The notes under the pieces were generated by a model. The model ran no database searches. It saw nothing but the letters and a program-made list of their open reading frames with translations, and was not told the DNA's origin. 64,000 bases of DNA from an uncultured candidate division Zixibacteria bacterium. GTDB taxonomy: Bacteria > Zixibacteria > MSB-5A5 > GN15 > FEB-12. The position numbers and the translations under genes are program-made. Of this stretch, positions 51,403 through 61,720 are shown piece after piece. Numbering within the stretch: position 1 is the stretch's first letter; every line of letters starts with the position of its first letter. The stretch is taken from positions 704,001 through 768,000 of the forward strand of contig OY760907.1 of the NCBI GenBank assembly GCA_963664195.1, given 5' to 3'.

Positions 51403-51443
51403 GCCAGATGCGACGCACTCCAGCCTTTGATAAAGGAGACTGT

Positions 51444-52958
51444 ATGTCAGCACAAGATGCCTACAATGAACTAGCCAAACGCGGGAAAGAAATCGCCCTG
51501 CTCGGGTCCATCGGCGGCGTGATCGGCTGGGAAGAACGCACCTACATGCCCCCCAAAGGCGCCCAGCTTCGCGCCGAACAGCAGGAACTTCTCGCCGGTA
51601 TGATCCATGAGAAATTCACCGACCCCAAAATCGGTGACTTGATCTCAGAAGTCGAAGGTTCCGATATCGTCAAAGTCGAGGACTCCCCCGAAGCGGCCAA
51701 TATCCGCGAGCTTCGTCACGACTACGACAAAGAAACCAAGCTGCCGAAGGAACTCGTCGAGGAAATCGCCAAAACGACCTCGCTGGCCCAGAGCAAGTGG
51801 GTCGAGGCTCGTCGCAACAAAGACTTCAAGGCGTTCCAGCCCTGGCTCGAGAAAGTCGTTGCCCTGACGATCAAGTCCGCCGAATGCTACGGCTACGAGG
51901 GTGAACCCTACAACGCCCTGCTCGACAACTACGAGCCGGGCGCAACCACCGAAGAAGTGGCGGCCGTGTTTACGGACCTTCGCAAAGACCTCGTCGAACT
52001 CCTCGGCAAGATCAAGGATGCTCCGAAAAAGCCGGACAAATCGATTGTCGAACGCGTCTACAGAACCGACAAGCAGAAGATTTTCGGCGAGATGGTTGCC
52101 GCGGCGCAGGGGTTCGATTTCAAGGCTGGTCGTCTTGACGTCACCGATCACCCGTTCTGCTCCGGGTTCGGCCCGGGCGACACCCGTATCACCACGCGTT
52201 ACAACCCGCATCGTTTGAATGACGCCCTGTTCGGCATCATGCACGAGGCCGGGCACGCGCTCTACGAGATGGGTATCGAAAAAGAGAAGCATTTCGGTAT
52301 GCCGATGGGTGAATCAACCTCGCTGGGTATCCATGAATCCCAGTCCCGCATGTGGGAAAACCAGGTCGGCCGCTCCAAGGAATTCTGGCAGTACTTCTTC
52401 CCGCAGGCGCAGCGGATTTTCCGTGAGTCTCTGCAGGATGTCAAACTCGACGATTTCTACGGCGCGATTAACAACGTTGAACCGTCGTTCATCCGTGTCG
52501 AGGCCGACGAGGCCACCTACAACCTGCATATCATGCTTCGGTTCGAGCTGGAGCGCGATCTGGTCAAGGGCAACCTGAAGCCGGCTGACGTTGAGGGTGA
52601 ATGGAACAAGCGGTTCAAAGAGTATTTCGGCATCGAGGTTGATAACGTGTCCAACGGTTGTCTTCAGGACGTCCATTGGTCGGCGGGCCTGCTGGGATAT
52701 TTCCCGACATACGCCCTCGGTAACCTGTACTCGGCGCAGTTCTTTGCGAAGGCGACCGAGGATATCGACGATCTGTCGGGCAAGATTGCGACCGGTGATT
52801 TGGCGACGTTACGTGAGTGGCTGCGCGAGAACATCCACAAGCACGGCCGTCGTTACCGCGCGAAGGTGCTCGGCGAGAAGGTGACCGGGCAGACGTTGTC
52901 CCACAAGCCGCTGATGGATTACATGAACAAGAAGTACGGCGAGATTTACGGGATATAA
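51444..52958 (+). CDS. Carboxypeptidase, M32 (Taq) family
   Basis: AAGGAG RBS; HPF, RITTRY, HEAGH, HESQSR, IRVEADE, QDVHW, GYFPTY. Confidence 0.95.
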   Translation: MSAQDAYNELAKRGKEIALLGSIGGVIGWEERTYMPPKGAQLRAEQQELLAGMIHEKFTDPKIGDLISEVEGSDIVKVEDSPEAANIRELRHDYDKETKLPKELVEEIAKTTSLAQSKWVEARRNKDFKAFQPWLEKVVALTIKSAECYGYEGEPYNALLDNYEPGATTEEVAAVFTDLRKDLVELLGKIKDAPKKPDKSIVERVYRTDKQKIFGEMVAAAQGFDFKAGRLDVTDHPFCSGFGPGDTRITTRYNPHRLNDALFGIMHEAGHALYEMGIEKEKHFGMPMGESTSLGIHESQSRMWENQVGRSKEFWQYFFPQAQRIFRESLQDVKLDDFYGAINNVEPSFIRVEADEATYNLHIMLRFELERDLVKGNLKPADVEGEWNKRFKEYFGIEVDNVSNGCLQDVHWSAGLLGYFPTYALGNLYSAQFFAKATEDIDDLSGKIATGDLATLREWLRENIHKHGRRYRAKVLGEKVTGQTLSHKPLMDYMNKKYGEIYGI

Positions 52959-53157
52959 GACGTAGTCTTGATGGATTGATTTTTCTAGCCGGTGGGTGCT
53001 GACTGCGCCCGCCGGTTATTTTGTCCACGGCATGCATCCCCCCCCTGAATAAAAGCATTGCTTCTCTGTAATCGTTAAGATAGCTTTGCCTACGGGCCGG
53101 TCTGTATAAGACAGCTCACTGAACTGGATATTCGACTGATTTACGAGTGGTGCACAC

Positions 53158-54531
53158 ATGCGAATAGTTGTTGTTGGCGGCGGTGTTGTCGGGTCCTCCC
53201 TGGCCGAACATCTTCTGGCAGACGGTCATAACCTGGCCATGATCGAAAGGGATTCCAAGCTCTGTCAGACCCTGGCCGAAAAGCACGACATGCAGATTCT
53301 CACCGGATCCGGCTCCTCTCCCCGTCTGCTCAAAGAGGCGGGTCTCGCAGGCTCCGATCTCGTGATCGCCGTCACGCCGAACGACGAGCTGAACATGGTC
53401 GTCTGCTCGATCGCGCAACAACAGGGTGTTTCGCAGCGGATCGCACGTCTTCGGAGTCGTGAGTATCGCACACAGAACCCGTTTTTTGATATTGAACGAG
53501 CGGGCGTAACTGACGTCATCCATCCTGAGAAAGTCATGGTGGACCATATCCGTCAGTTCATCACCACTCCCCACGCGGTGGAATCGGCCAATTTTGAGGA
53601 CGGCCAGGTGCTGCTTCGCGGGTACAGTATTCGCCCGGACATGGGACTCTGCGGCAAGACACCCAAGGAGATTCGAGAGCAGACCGATTCGGTAGTGTTG
53701 TTGTTTGCCGCGATCATACGCGCCGGCAAAGGGATGATACCTGACGGCAATACGGTGATCAAGGCAGGCGACATCGTTTACACGCTTTTCCCTCGTCAGT
53801 CACTCGATGGCTTCCTGAAACTGGTCGGACAGGAGAAGAAAAAGAGCCGCAAGATCGTCATTACGGGCGATTCTTACGCGTTGATGGAAATGTCCCGAGC
53901 CATGCAGGATAGCGAGAACAAGGTCGTTATCGTCAACCGACATCTCGAACAGGCAAACAAGATAGCCGGCATGTTCGAAAATATCGAAGTCATCCATGGC
54001 GACTGCACCGACGCCGACCTGCTACGCGATCTCAATATCGACACCGCGTCATATTTCATCGCCGTTTCAGGCGAAGCGGACTATAACATGCTCTCGGCCC
54101 TGCTTGCCAAGGCGGAAGGGGCCCACGAGGTGATCGCGATTTCACCGGACTCGCAGCATGACCGCCTGTTTAGATCAATCGGGCTGGATCACGTGATCAA
54201 CCCTCGCTTGACCGCCGCTCGTGAGATCCTCGAAAAGATTTCCATAGGACAAATCGGGGCTGCCGTTCAATTGTCCAATATCGACATTGAGGTTGTTCGG
54301 TTCGATGTAGAGGCAAACAGCGATATCGCCGGGTTGAAAATCAGGAGCGTTGCCAAGAAGCTCAAAAGAGGCTCGATCGTTGGTGTGATTGTCCGCCAGA
54401 ACCGGATGATCCTTCCCGACGGCGAGACCGTTGTAGAAGCCGGCGACCACTTGATTGTGATCACGCACACGAAGAACATCGAGGCAGTCGCCAGACTCTT
54501 CAAGCCGAGACGATTCCTGAGTCGGAGATAG
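53158..54531 (+). CDS. trkA: Trk K+ uptake NAD-binding subunit
   Basis: Two RCK N/C pairs, GGGVVG. Confidence 0.93.
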   Translation: MRIVVVGGGVVGSSLAEHLLADGHNLAMIERDSKLCQTLAEKHDMQILTGSGSSPRLLKEAGLAGSDLVIAVTPNDELNMVVCSIAQQQGVSQRIARLRSREYRTQNPFFDIERAGVTDVIHPEKVMVDHIRQFITTPHAVESANFEDGQVLLRGYSIRPDMGLCGKTPKEIREQTDSVVLLFAAIIRAGKGMIPDGNTVIKAGDIVYTLFPRQSLDGFLKLVGQEKKKSRKIVITGDSYALMEMSRAMQDSENKVVIVNRHLEQANKIAGMFENIEVIHGDCTDADLLRDLNIDTASYFIAVSGEADYNMLSALLAKAEGAHEVIAISPDSQHDRLFRSIGLDHVINPRLTAAREILEKISIGQIGAAVQLSNIDIEVVRFDVEANSDIAGLKIRSVAKKLKRGSIVGVIVRQNRMILPDGETVVEAGDHLIVITHTKNIEAVARLFKPRRFLSRR

Positions 54532-54534
54532 ACG

Positions 54535-56133
54535 ATGCATAAATCGGCGGTTGGTTACGCGGTTGGCAAACTGATGCAGGTGCTGGGAATGCTGCTACTT
54601 GTCCCGCTTGCCCTGGCAATCTACGATTACCGACGTTGGCCATTGAACGAGATTTTCATCGAGCCGGACGTGTTTGGTTTTATCTTCTCGTCCCTGCTCT
54701 GCATCGTGCTCGGCACTATTCTCTCCCGGAAACTCAAAGAAGGTCGCCAGTTGCAGGGTCCGCGAGAGGGGTTCGCTATTGTTACGATCGGTTGGATCAG
54801 TCTGACCTTTTTCAGCGCCCTGCCGTTGTGTTTTTATCTCATGGCTGAGGGCGGCAGTGATTTCGGTTCACTGATTTCGAGTTTCACCGATGCGTATTTC
54901 GAGTTGATGTCCGGCTACACTACCACGGGCGCGACGATTTTGACTGACATCGAAGCCATTCCACGATCACTGTTGTTCCTCAGGGCACTCTCCCACTGGC
55001 TCGGCGGCATGGGAATTATCACACTGGCAATAGCGGTATTCCCCTCGATGGGCGTCACGGCCTATTCAATGTTCCGTAGCGAGGTCCCCGGCCCCAGCAC
55101 CGACAGACTGGCTCCCCGACTGGCACAGACGACCTCTGTCCTCTGGGGTGTGTACGTACTGTTGACGGCGGCTGAGACAGGGCTGCTCTGGCTGGGAGGG
55201 ATGGATATATTCGATTCCGTGTGCCATGCCTTTGCGACCATGGCTACCGGCGGTTTCTCCACCCAAAATGCCTCGATAGCAGCCTACCACTCAGACTATA
55301 TCGAATGGATTATCACGATCTTCATGTATTTCGCAGGGATCAATTTCCTGCTGCATTTCCGGGCGTTACGCGGCGATCTGCGTTTCATGTTCCGTGATCG
55401 AGAGTTTCGATTCTACACCGCAGTGATTGTCGTCACGATAGCAGTGTCCACGGCCGTGTTGTACTTTGGCGGTCTCTCTCCCAAAGAGACGGCTCTGGAG
55501 AGTTATCGCAGCACCCCGATGACGGCCGAGCAGTTCACGGATCATTACGAGACGCAGGCCGGAGAACTCGAGTCGTTCTATTCCACGGTGCGGATAGCGG
55601 CTTTCCAAACGCTGTCAATTGTCACCACCACCGGCTTTGTCACGGCCGATTTCGACCTGTGGCCGAGTACGCTGACGTTTCTTCTGGTGCTGCTCATGTT
55701 CTTCGGCGGGTGCGCGGGGTCTACCGGCGGCGGCATTAAGATGATTCGCATAATAGTCGTGATCAAAGTTGCCTGGACTCAGATCCGAAAGATGTCGCAA
55801 CCACGACTGGTGGCTCCGGTCAAGATCGGCGATCAAGTCATGGAGGATAGCCTCGTGGTCAACGTTGTGGCGTTCTTCATCCTGTTCATCGGACTGTTTG
55901 TGATAACCTCCCTTCTGATGACGTTGTTTGTACCTGATCTGATAACAGCAGCTACATGCACTATTGCCACAATAGGCAATATCGGACCGGGGCTGGGCGG
56001 TGTGGGCGCCATAGAAAACTACTCGTGGATACCCATTCCGGGGAAGTGGTTGCTGGTGCTCTCAATGCTGCTCGGGCGGCTCGAGATCTTCACCGTGCTG
56101 ATCATATTCAGACCCTCTGTCTGGCGCCGTTGA
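54535..56133 (+). CDS. trkH: Trk K+ uptake membrane subunit
   Basis: SGYTTTGAT, WLGGMGII, ATGGFS, GGCAGSTGGGIK, GRLEI. Confidence 0.95.
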   Translation: MHKSAVGYAVGKLMQVLGMLLLVPLALAIYDYRRWPLNEIFIEPDVFGFIFSSLLCIVLGTILSRKLKEGRQLQGPREGFAIVTIGWISLTFFSALPLCFYLMAEGGSDFGSLISSFTDAYFELMSGYTTTGATILTDIEAIPRSLLFLRALSHWLGGMGIITLAIAVFPSMGVTAYSMFRSEVPGPSTDRLAPRLAQTTSVLWGVYVLLTAAETGLLWLGGMDIFDSVCHAFATMATGGFSTQNASIAAYHSDYIEWIITIFMYFAGINFLLHFRALRGDLRFMFRDREFRFYTAVIVVTIAVSTAVLYFGGLSPKETALESYRSTPMTAEQFTDHYETQAGELESFYSTVRIAAFQTLSIVTTTGFVTADFDLWPSTLTFLLVLLMFFGGCAGSTGGGIKMIRIIVVIKVAWTQIRKMSQPRLVAPVKIGDQVMEDSLVVNVVAFFILFIGLFVITSLLMTLFVPDLITAATCTIATIGNIGPGLGGVGAIENYSWIPIPGKWLLVLSMLLGRLEIFTVLIIFRPSVWRR

Positions 56134-56277
56134 CGCTCGTTACCTGCCCACCTCGACAACTTTCGTGAAACGATAGTAGTGCTGAGGTTTACCAAGGGGT
56201 GGGAGATACCGGGCGGGCGCGGAACTACGGGAGCCGCTCTTCGTTTACAGATGAAACACTCGGGAAGGTCAATATAG

Positions 56278-57474
56278 ATGGCGCACAGGTTATTTTTCGT
56301 ACTCTTTATCATCGCTGTACTCCTGGGCCTAGGTCTCATGGTAGTCGTGCTCCTTCGCCATTTCAACAAGGTCTGGTGGGAAAGAAAATGGGTGCGGAGC
56401 TCGGCCTGGGCGTTGCCGATACTTGGCATATCTTCATTCACCGTGTTCGCATCGATGCCCGACCCGCACCACTCGACATTGGCCTTTGCAACAATGGCCA
56501 CCGCGATGATAGTGGCGACCTGCGAGCTATCACTAGTTGTCGCTCTGCCCATATCCGGTCTCTTTCATCTGGCCGACAGTCTGATTCATCGCTGGAAATC
56601 CAGAAAAACGGCCGAGCAGGATCAACCCCATGAAGGCCGTCGACGCTTCCTCAAACGAACCGCTGTCGCTGTGCCGCTGCTGACGCTTACTACCGATGCT
56701 TACGGTATCGGGCGAGCGTTTGGCGATGTCAACGTGACGGTCAAACGGTTCAAGTACGCCGGGCTTCCGGCTGCACTGGACGGGCTTCGCATTCTCCATC
56801 TGTCAGATTTGCACCTGTCGGTGTATGTAAATCTCACCGATCTGGAGCAGATACTGACCGATGCGGCAAAACACTCCCCTGATTTGATACTCGTCACGGG
56901 GGATATCGCCGACGATTTGCGGCTGCTGCCCGACGCAATCAGAATGCTGGACTCAGCCCGCGCCCCTCTTGGGGCGTACGCGTCCCTGGGGAACCATGAG
57001 CATTTCCGGGGCGTACAGCAGGTAGTTCACGCTTTCTCAGGCTCTCCGGTCCTCCTGCTGGTCGATGAGGGTCGGCGCATTGAGATCGGTGATAGCACCC
57101 TGTACCTGGCGGGCATTGATGATCCGGTGACCATGCGGGATATCCGCGAGGACTACTTCGTAAATTCCATAGGCAAGGCGCTGGTGGACCGTGACTCGGA
57201 AGCGTTCACCATTCTCATGAGCCACCGTCCGAACGCATTTGACGAGGCGGAAACACACGGTATTGACCTGACGCTGGCCGGTCACACCCACGGCGCCCAG
57301 CTCGGACTCGGTGGCCGATCGCTGTTGGAAAGCTCTTTTCCGACCAGTTATCTGTGGGGACACTACCGGAAAAACGCCGCCCAGTTGTACACTTCGTCGG
57401 GTGCCGGCCACTGGTTCCCGTTCCGATTGGGGTGTCCGACTGAGGCCCCGGTGATCGAATTGAACAGAGAGTAG
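56278..57474 (+). CDS. Membrane-anchored metallophosphoesterase (YkuE/YaeI-like)
   Basis: SDLH, TGD, GNHE, SHRP, AGHTHG. Confidence 0.9.
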   Translation: MAHRLFFVLFIIAVLLGLGLMVVVLLRHFNKVWWERKWVRSSAWALPILGISSFTVFASMPDPHHSTLAFATMATAMIVATCELSLVVALPISGLFHLADSLIHRWKSRKTAEQDQPHEGRRRFLKRTAVAVPLLTLTTDAYGIGRAFGDVNVTVKRFKYAGLPAALDGLRILHLSDLHLSVYVNLTDLEQILTDAAKHSPDLILVTGDIADDLRLLPDAIRMLDSARAPLGAYASLGNHEHFRGVQQVVHAFSGSPVLLLVDEGRRIEIGDSTLYLAGIDDPVTMRDIREDYFVNSIGKALVDRDSEAFTILMSHRPNAFDEAETHGIDLTLAGHTHGAQLGLGGRSLLESSFPTSYLWGHYRKNAAQLYTSSGAGHWFPFRLGCPTEAPVIELNRE

Positions 57475-57687
57475 TACTACCATTTTGCCCGAAAGGGTCA
57501 TTTCCCCTATGAAAAGGACCTTTTTTTTCGGAGCCTCAGATAATTTTTTCTTGCAAACATATTAAAAAAAACAGTTTTTCTCTCTGGAGAGAAGGTGTGA
57601 GAAGCCTTTCGCAAGAGTACAGGGATAGAAACTAACGAAACAATGCGCGAATAGAAGTAGATCAACTCAACGCTAAAGGAGCATCTT

Positions 57688-58239
57688 ATGGCAGTTGCCA
57701 AGAAAAAGCCCGCCAAGAAGAAAGCCGTTGCGAAGAAAAAGCCGGCGAAGAAGGTTGCGGCGAAGAAGAAAGTCGTAGCGAAGAAGAAGGTAGTCGCCAA
57801 GAAGAAGGCTGCTCCGAAGAAAAAAGTCGCTGCCAAAAAGAAAGTCGTCGCCAAGAAGAAGGTAGTCGCCAAGAAGAAGGCTGCCCCGAAGAAAAAAGTC
57901 GCTGCCAAAAAGAAAGTCGTAGCGAAAAAGAAGGTAGTCGCCAAAAAGAAAGCCGCCCCGAAGAAAAAGGTCGCCAAGAAAGCCAAACGTAAACCGAACG
58001 CGGCTTTTATGCGTCCGATGGAACTCTCGGCGGACCTCCAGATGGTCGTCGGCGCGAAGCCGATCCCGCGCACCGAGGTCACCAAAAAACTCTGGGAGTA
58101 CATCAAAAAGAACAGTCTGCAGGACGCCAAGAACAAGCGCATGATCAACGCTGACGACAAGCTGAAGAAGATCTTCGGCGGCAAGAAAGTTGTTTCTATG
58201 TTTGAGATGACCAAGTTGGTCTCCAAGCACATGAAATAG
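57688..58239 (+). CDS. SWIB/MDM2-domain protein with histone-H1-like Lys/Ala/Val-rich N-terminus
   Basis: AAGGAG RBS; KKKVVA/KKKAAP repeats; RTEVTKKLWEYIKKNSLQD...INADDKLK...VSMFEMTKLVSKH. Confidence 0.93.
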   Translation: MAVAKKKPAKKKAVAKKKPAKKVAAKKKVVAKKKVVAKKKAAPKKKVAAKKKVVAKKKVVAKKKAAPKKKVAAKKKVVAKKKVVAKKKAAPKKKVAKKAKRKPNAAFMRPMELSADLQMVVGAKPIPRTEVTKKLWEYIKKNSLQDAKNKRMINADDKLKKIFGGKKVVSMFEMTKLVSKHMK

Positions 58240-58270
58240 GGAATTGATCTGACCTCTTGCACGACATCTC

Positions 58271-58302
58271 AAAAGGGCCTGCCAACCGGCGGGCCTTTTT
58301 TT
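58271..58302 (+). terminator. Intrinsic terminator
   Basis: GGCCTGCC-loop-GGCGGGCC followed by T-run. Confidence 0.8.
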
Positions 58303-58533
58303 ATATCACTAGTGACCCGACCCGCTTCGCGATATATCGAGTATTATCCCATTCAGTAGCCTACCGCCTGCGGTGGGAACTTGACATTCAAGCGGTGCTA
58401 TTTCAGTCCGCCTCGGTACCCCACAGCTTGCTGAGGAATCCAGACATGCTGACTGACTGGTCAAGGTTGACAATGCCCTCCCCGGTCGCGTATCTTGATG
58501 GCAATCCTCAACCACCACACTATCTGGAGGGAT

Positions 58534-59097
58534 ATGAGATTTCCGCAACGACCTCGCCAGACCCTCGTCGCAATCGTGGCGTGCGCTCTGGTACTCATGA
58601 CGCTCCTGATAGGTTGTGCCAAGCACTTCTGGGCGTACTCGAGTGTTCCGACCGAGATACGCCGCAAGACTTACTTCCTTCAATTCGACGTCAGTCCAAT
58701 CGGGAGATCGCTAACTCTGGGCGATTCGATTGCCGGCTTTCCAACGAATGACCGGGCTGACACGCTGTTCTTCTTTTCTGTCACCGTTTGCGAGCGCGAT
58801 ACTCTCAGCAATCCTCGATTGTCAATGGAAGTCACCGATGTCAAGATTACCGGACTCCGGGATAAGGTCCTCTTACAAATCGGTCAGGCTTGGGAAACAG
58901 CCACCGAGCGGGGCGCACGTGGCTGGGGCGATACCTGGCAACGTCAAGCCTTCGGCCCTATTCCCCTTCCTCCTCCGCGACCGGACTCCATAGCCGTCCA
59001 TGCCGTTATAGTCATCAGAGAGAAGCAAAGCGGGATGGTAGTAGACAGCCTCAACCAAGAGATAAGGGGAGAGTTGAGAAGGATCAGGTTACTGTGA
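58534..59097 (+). CDS. Hypothetical lipoprotein
   Basis: GGAGG RBS, MRFPQRPR...LLIGC lipobox. Confidence 0.65.
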   Translation: MRFPQRPRQTLVAIVACALVLMTLLIGCAKHFWAYSSVPTEIRRKTYFLQFDVSPIGRSLTLGDSIAGFPTNDRADTLFFFSVTVCERDTLSNPRLSMEVTDVKITGLRDKVLLQIGQAWETATERGARGWGDTWQRQAFGPIPLPPPRPDSIAVHAVIVIREKQSGMVVDSLNQEIRGELRRIRLL

Positions 59098-59128
59098 CGT
59101 TGGACCTTTCCTGAGTTCGACATCCCGT

Positions 59129-59195
59129 CGCGTGCCACCCTCAAACGTTTCTGAACTCTTTCCATTGGCGATTCGCCTGCCGATTTTGAGGGTGT
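59129..59195. repeat. Palindromic repeat family 3 (GCGTGCCACCCTCAAAC...TTTGAGGGTG); second copy 63000-63066
   Basis: Two copies flanking the DUF1015-serA-serC operon. Confidence 0.7.
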
Positions 59196-59536
59196 CTTCT
59201 GGTCGCTAAGCTGGGGCAGATTAGCACCTGCCGTCCACAAACTCGGTGTCGATCTATCAGGACATCGCACCTTCTTCGTGCCCTCTCGAGAGGGGTGGCC
59301 CGTAGGGCCGGGGTGTGTTCGCTGACCGTGGCGGGTTCGAAGACGGACCCGCCCTACAAGATTCCCCCTAAACCCCTGAAAACAAACCTGATACAGACCG
59401 TCGGATTTTGGCAAACTCCACTGGATTTTTGTAGCAAAAGGAGTATATTCGGCGGCAACAGAAAGGCCCGCTCGGAGCCTTATCCGAACGGCCCCATAGC
59501 ACTTGCAGTAGACTTTTATCCAGTGAGGTAGATACA

Positions 59537-60781
59537 GTGTCGATTGTACGCCCCTTCAAAGGCCTGCGGCCCAAGCCTGAATTGGCCGCCAGAGTAGCCT
59601 CTCCCCCGTACGATGTCCTCTCAAGCGACGAGGCACGGGCGATGGCCGCCAATAATCCAGATTCGTTTCTTCGTGTTAATAAAGCCGAAATCGATTTTGA
59701 ACCGGGCGTAGACTCCTACTCCGAGCAGGTCTACCAGCGTGGCAAGGACAACCTGCAGCGGTTAATCGATGACGGTATCATGGTGCGCGATGAAAAGCCA
59801 TGCCTCTACCTCTACCGCCTGACCTGGAAAGGCCAGAGCCAGACCGGCTTGGTCACGTTGACCTCGGTCGAGGAATACGACGCCGGCTTGATCAAAAAGC
59901 ACGAGCACACCCGTCCGGAGAAGGTCAGCGACCGTGCCAACCATATCTCCTTCCTGGAGGCCCAGGTCGGACCGGTATTCTCGACTTTCCGTTTCGACGA
60001 AACTGTCGACGCCGTCTTCAAGAAAGTCCAGGCCAGCCCGGCCACGACCGATTTTACCGCTGACGACGGTGTCCGTCATGAGCTGTGGGTGGTCAGCGAT
60101 GACGCTCAGATAAACGAGATTGTCAAGGCCTTTGGCGCGCTGCCGTGTCTATATATTGCCGATGGACACCATCGCAGCCAGTCTGCCTCAGAGGTCTGCC
60201 GCAGGATGAAAGAGAAGAACGCCAATCACACCGGCAAGGAACCGTACAACTTCTTCTTGAACGTACTGTTCGCCGACAAAGAACTGCGCATTCTCTCCTA
60301 CAACCGTGTGGTCAAGGATCAGAACGGTCTCCCGGCCAACGGTGTGGCGGAAATGTCCGGTCACTGGTTTGATACCGAAGCGGTCGACGGTCCGGTTGAT
60401 CCGAAAAACCCGAACGAGTTCGGTCTGTATGTCGGACACCAGTGGTACCTGATGAAAGCCAAAGACGGCTCCTACGATGCGAACCATCCGACCGAATCGA
60501 TAGATGCTGCTATCCTGGCTAAGAATTTCCTCGGCCCGGTGCTCGGCATCAAAGACCCGCGAACTGACAAACGAATCGATTTTGTCGGCGGGATCAGAGG
60601 CGTCAAGGAACTCGTAAAACTGGTGGAGTCCGGCGAATACAAAGTCGCCTTCTCCCTGTACCCGACCTCGATTGCCCAACTGTTGACCGTCGCCGACGCT
60701 GGTGAAGTCATGCCTCCGAAGTCAACCTGGTTTGAGCCGAAACTCCGTAGCGGCATGGTCGTGAACTTGCTGAAAGACTAG
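59537..60781 (+). CDS. DUF1015 family protein
   Basis: PPYDV, IKKHEHT, YIADGHHR, MPPKSTWFEPKLRSG. Confidence 0.93.
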   Translation: MSIVRPFKGLRPKPELAARVASPPYDVLSSDEARAMAANNPDSFLRVNKAEIDFEPGVDSYSEQVYQRGKDNLQRLIDDGIMVRDEKPCLYLYRLTWKGQSQTGLVTLTSVEEYDAGLIKKHEHTRPEKVSDRANHISFLEAQVGPVFSTFRFDETVDAVFKKVQASPATTDFTADDGVRHELWVVSDDAQINEIVKAFGALPCLYIADGHHRSQSASEVCRRMKEKNANHTGKEPYNFFLNVLFADKELRILSYNRVVKDQNGLPANGVAEMSGHWFDTEAVDGPVDPKNPNEFGLYVGHQWYLMKAKDGSYDANHPTESIDAAILAKNFLGPVLGIKDPRTDKRIDFVGGIRGVKELVKLVESGEYKVAFSLYPTSIAQLLTVADAGEVMPPKSTWFEPKLRSGMVVNLLKD

Positions 60782-60804
60782 TATCTTAATTAAGGAATAG
60801 AAAC

Positions 60805-61689
60805 ATGCTTATACTCATTTCTGACGCTTTCGATGATGCCCTTCCGGGCAAGCTCGCCAAGTTCGGCGACGTTACCGATGACCAGGGCCGTCTGGCCGAG
60901 GCTGAGATCGTCCTGATCCGCAGCAAGACCAAGGTCACCAAGGAGTATGTTGACTCCGCCCCGAAACTGAAGATGGTCATTCGCGGCGGTGTGGGCCTCG
61001 ACAATGTCGATATCCCGTACGCCAACAGCAAGGGAATCGCCGTGCACAATACTGCCGACGCCTCTTCTGTAGCCGTGGCCGAGTTGGCGTTCGCGCTGAT
61101 GATCGCGATGCCGAACCACGTCACTCGCGCCGACGCCACCATGCGTGACAAAGAGTGGGCCAAGAAGCAGCTCAAGCGCACTGAACTGCTGGGTAAGACG
61201 CTCGGTATCCTCGGACTGGGCCGTATCGGTTCCGCCCTGGCTTCCCGGGCCAAGGCTTTTGGCATGAACGTAATCGCGTATGACCCGTATGTCTACTTCT
61301 CAGATTTCGCGCAGATGAGAAGCGATCTGGATGAAGTCCTCGCCGAATCCGATTACATTTCGATGCACATGCCCCTGCTCGACAGCACCAAGGGACTGAT
61401 CAACAAGGACAAGATCGCAAAGATGAAAGACGGTGCCTTTATCGTCAACACCGGTCGCGGCAAGACGATCGTCGAGGCCGATGTAGCCGAAGCTCTCAAA
61501 AGCGGCAAACTCGGCGGTTTCGGTAACGATGTCTGGTACTCCGATCCCCCGGATTGGGATTCCACTCCGCTGCTCGACGCTCCGAACTGTGTCTTTGCGC
61601 CGCATATCGGTGCCTCGACCAAAGAGAACATGGGACGTATCGGCCAGATGGTTGAAGGCCTGATCAGCGCCTATGTGGCAAGCAAGTAA
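60805..61689 (+). CDS. serA: D-3-phosphoglycerate dehydrogenase, short form without ACT domain
   Basis: GVGLDNVD, GLGRIG, NTGRG, PHIGAST; adjacent to serC. Confidence 0.8.
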   Translation: MLILISDAFDDALPGKLAKFGDVTDDQGRLAEAEIVLIRSKTKVTKEYVDSAPKLKMVIRGGVGLDNVDIPYANSKGIAVHNTADASSVAVAELAFALMIAMPNHVTRADATMRDKEWAKKQLKRTELLGKTLGILGLGRIGSALASRAKAFGMNVIAYDPYVYFSDFAQMRSDLDEVLAESDYISMHMPLLDSTKGLINKDKIAKMKDGAFIVNTGRGKTIVEADVAEALKSGKLGGFGNDVWYSDPPDWDSTPLLDAPNCVFAPHIGASTKENMGRIGQMVEGLISAYVASK

Positions 61690-61720
61690 CGAAGACTATT
61701 TTTGAAAAAGAGGCAATACA

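Noticed and set aside
57507..58272. Long Phe/Leu-rich minus-strand ORFs
   Set aside because: Antisense of the Lys-rich SWIB gene.
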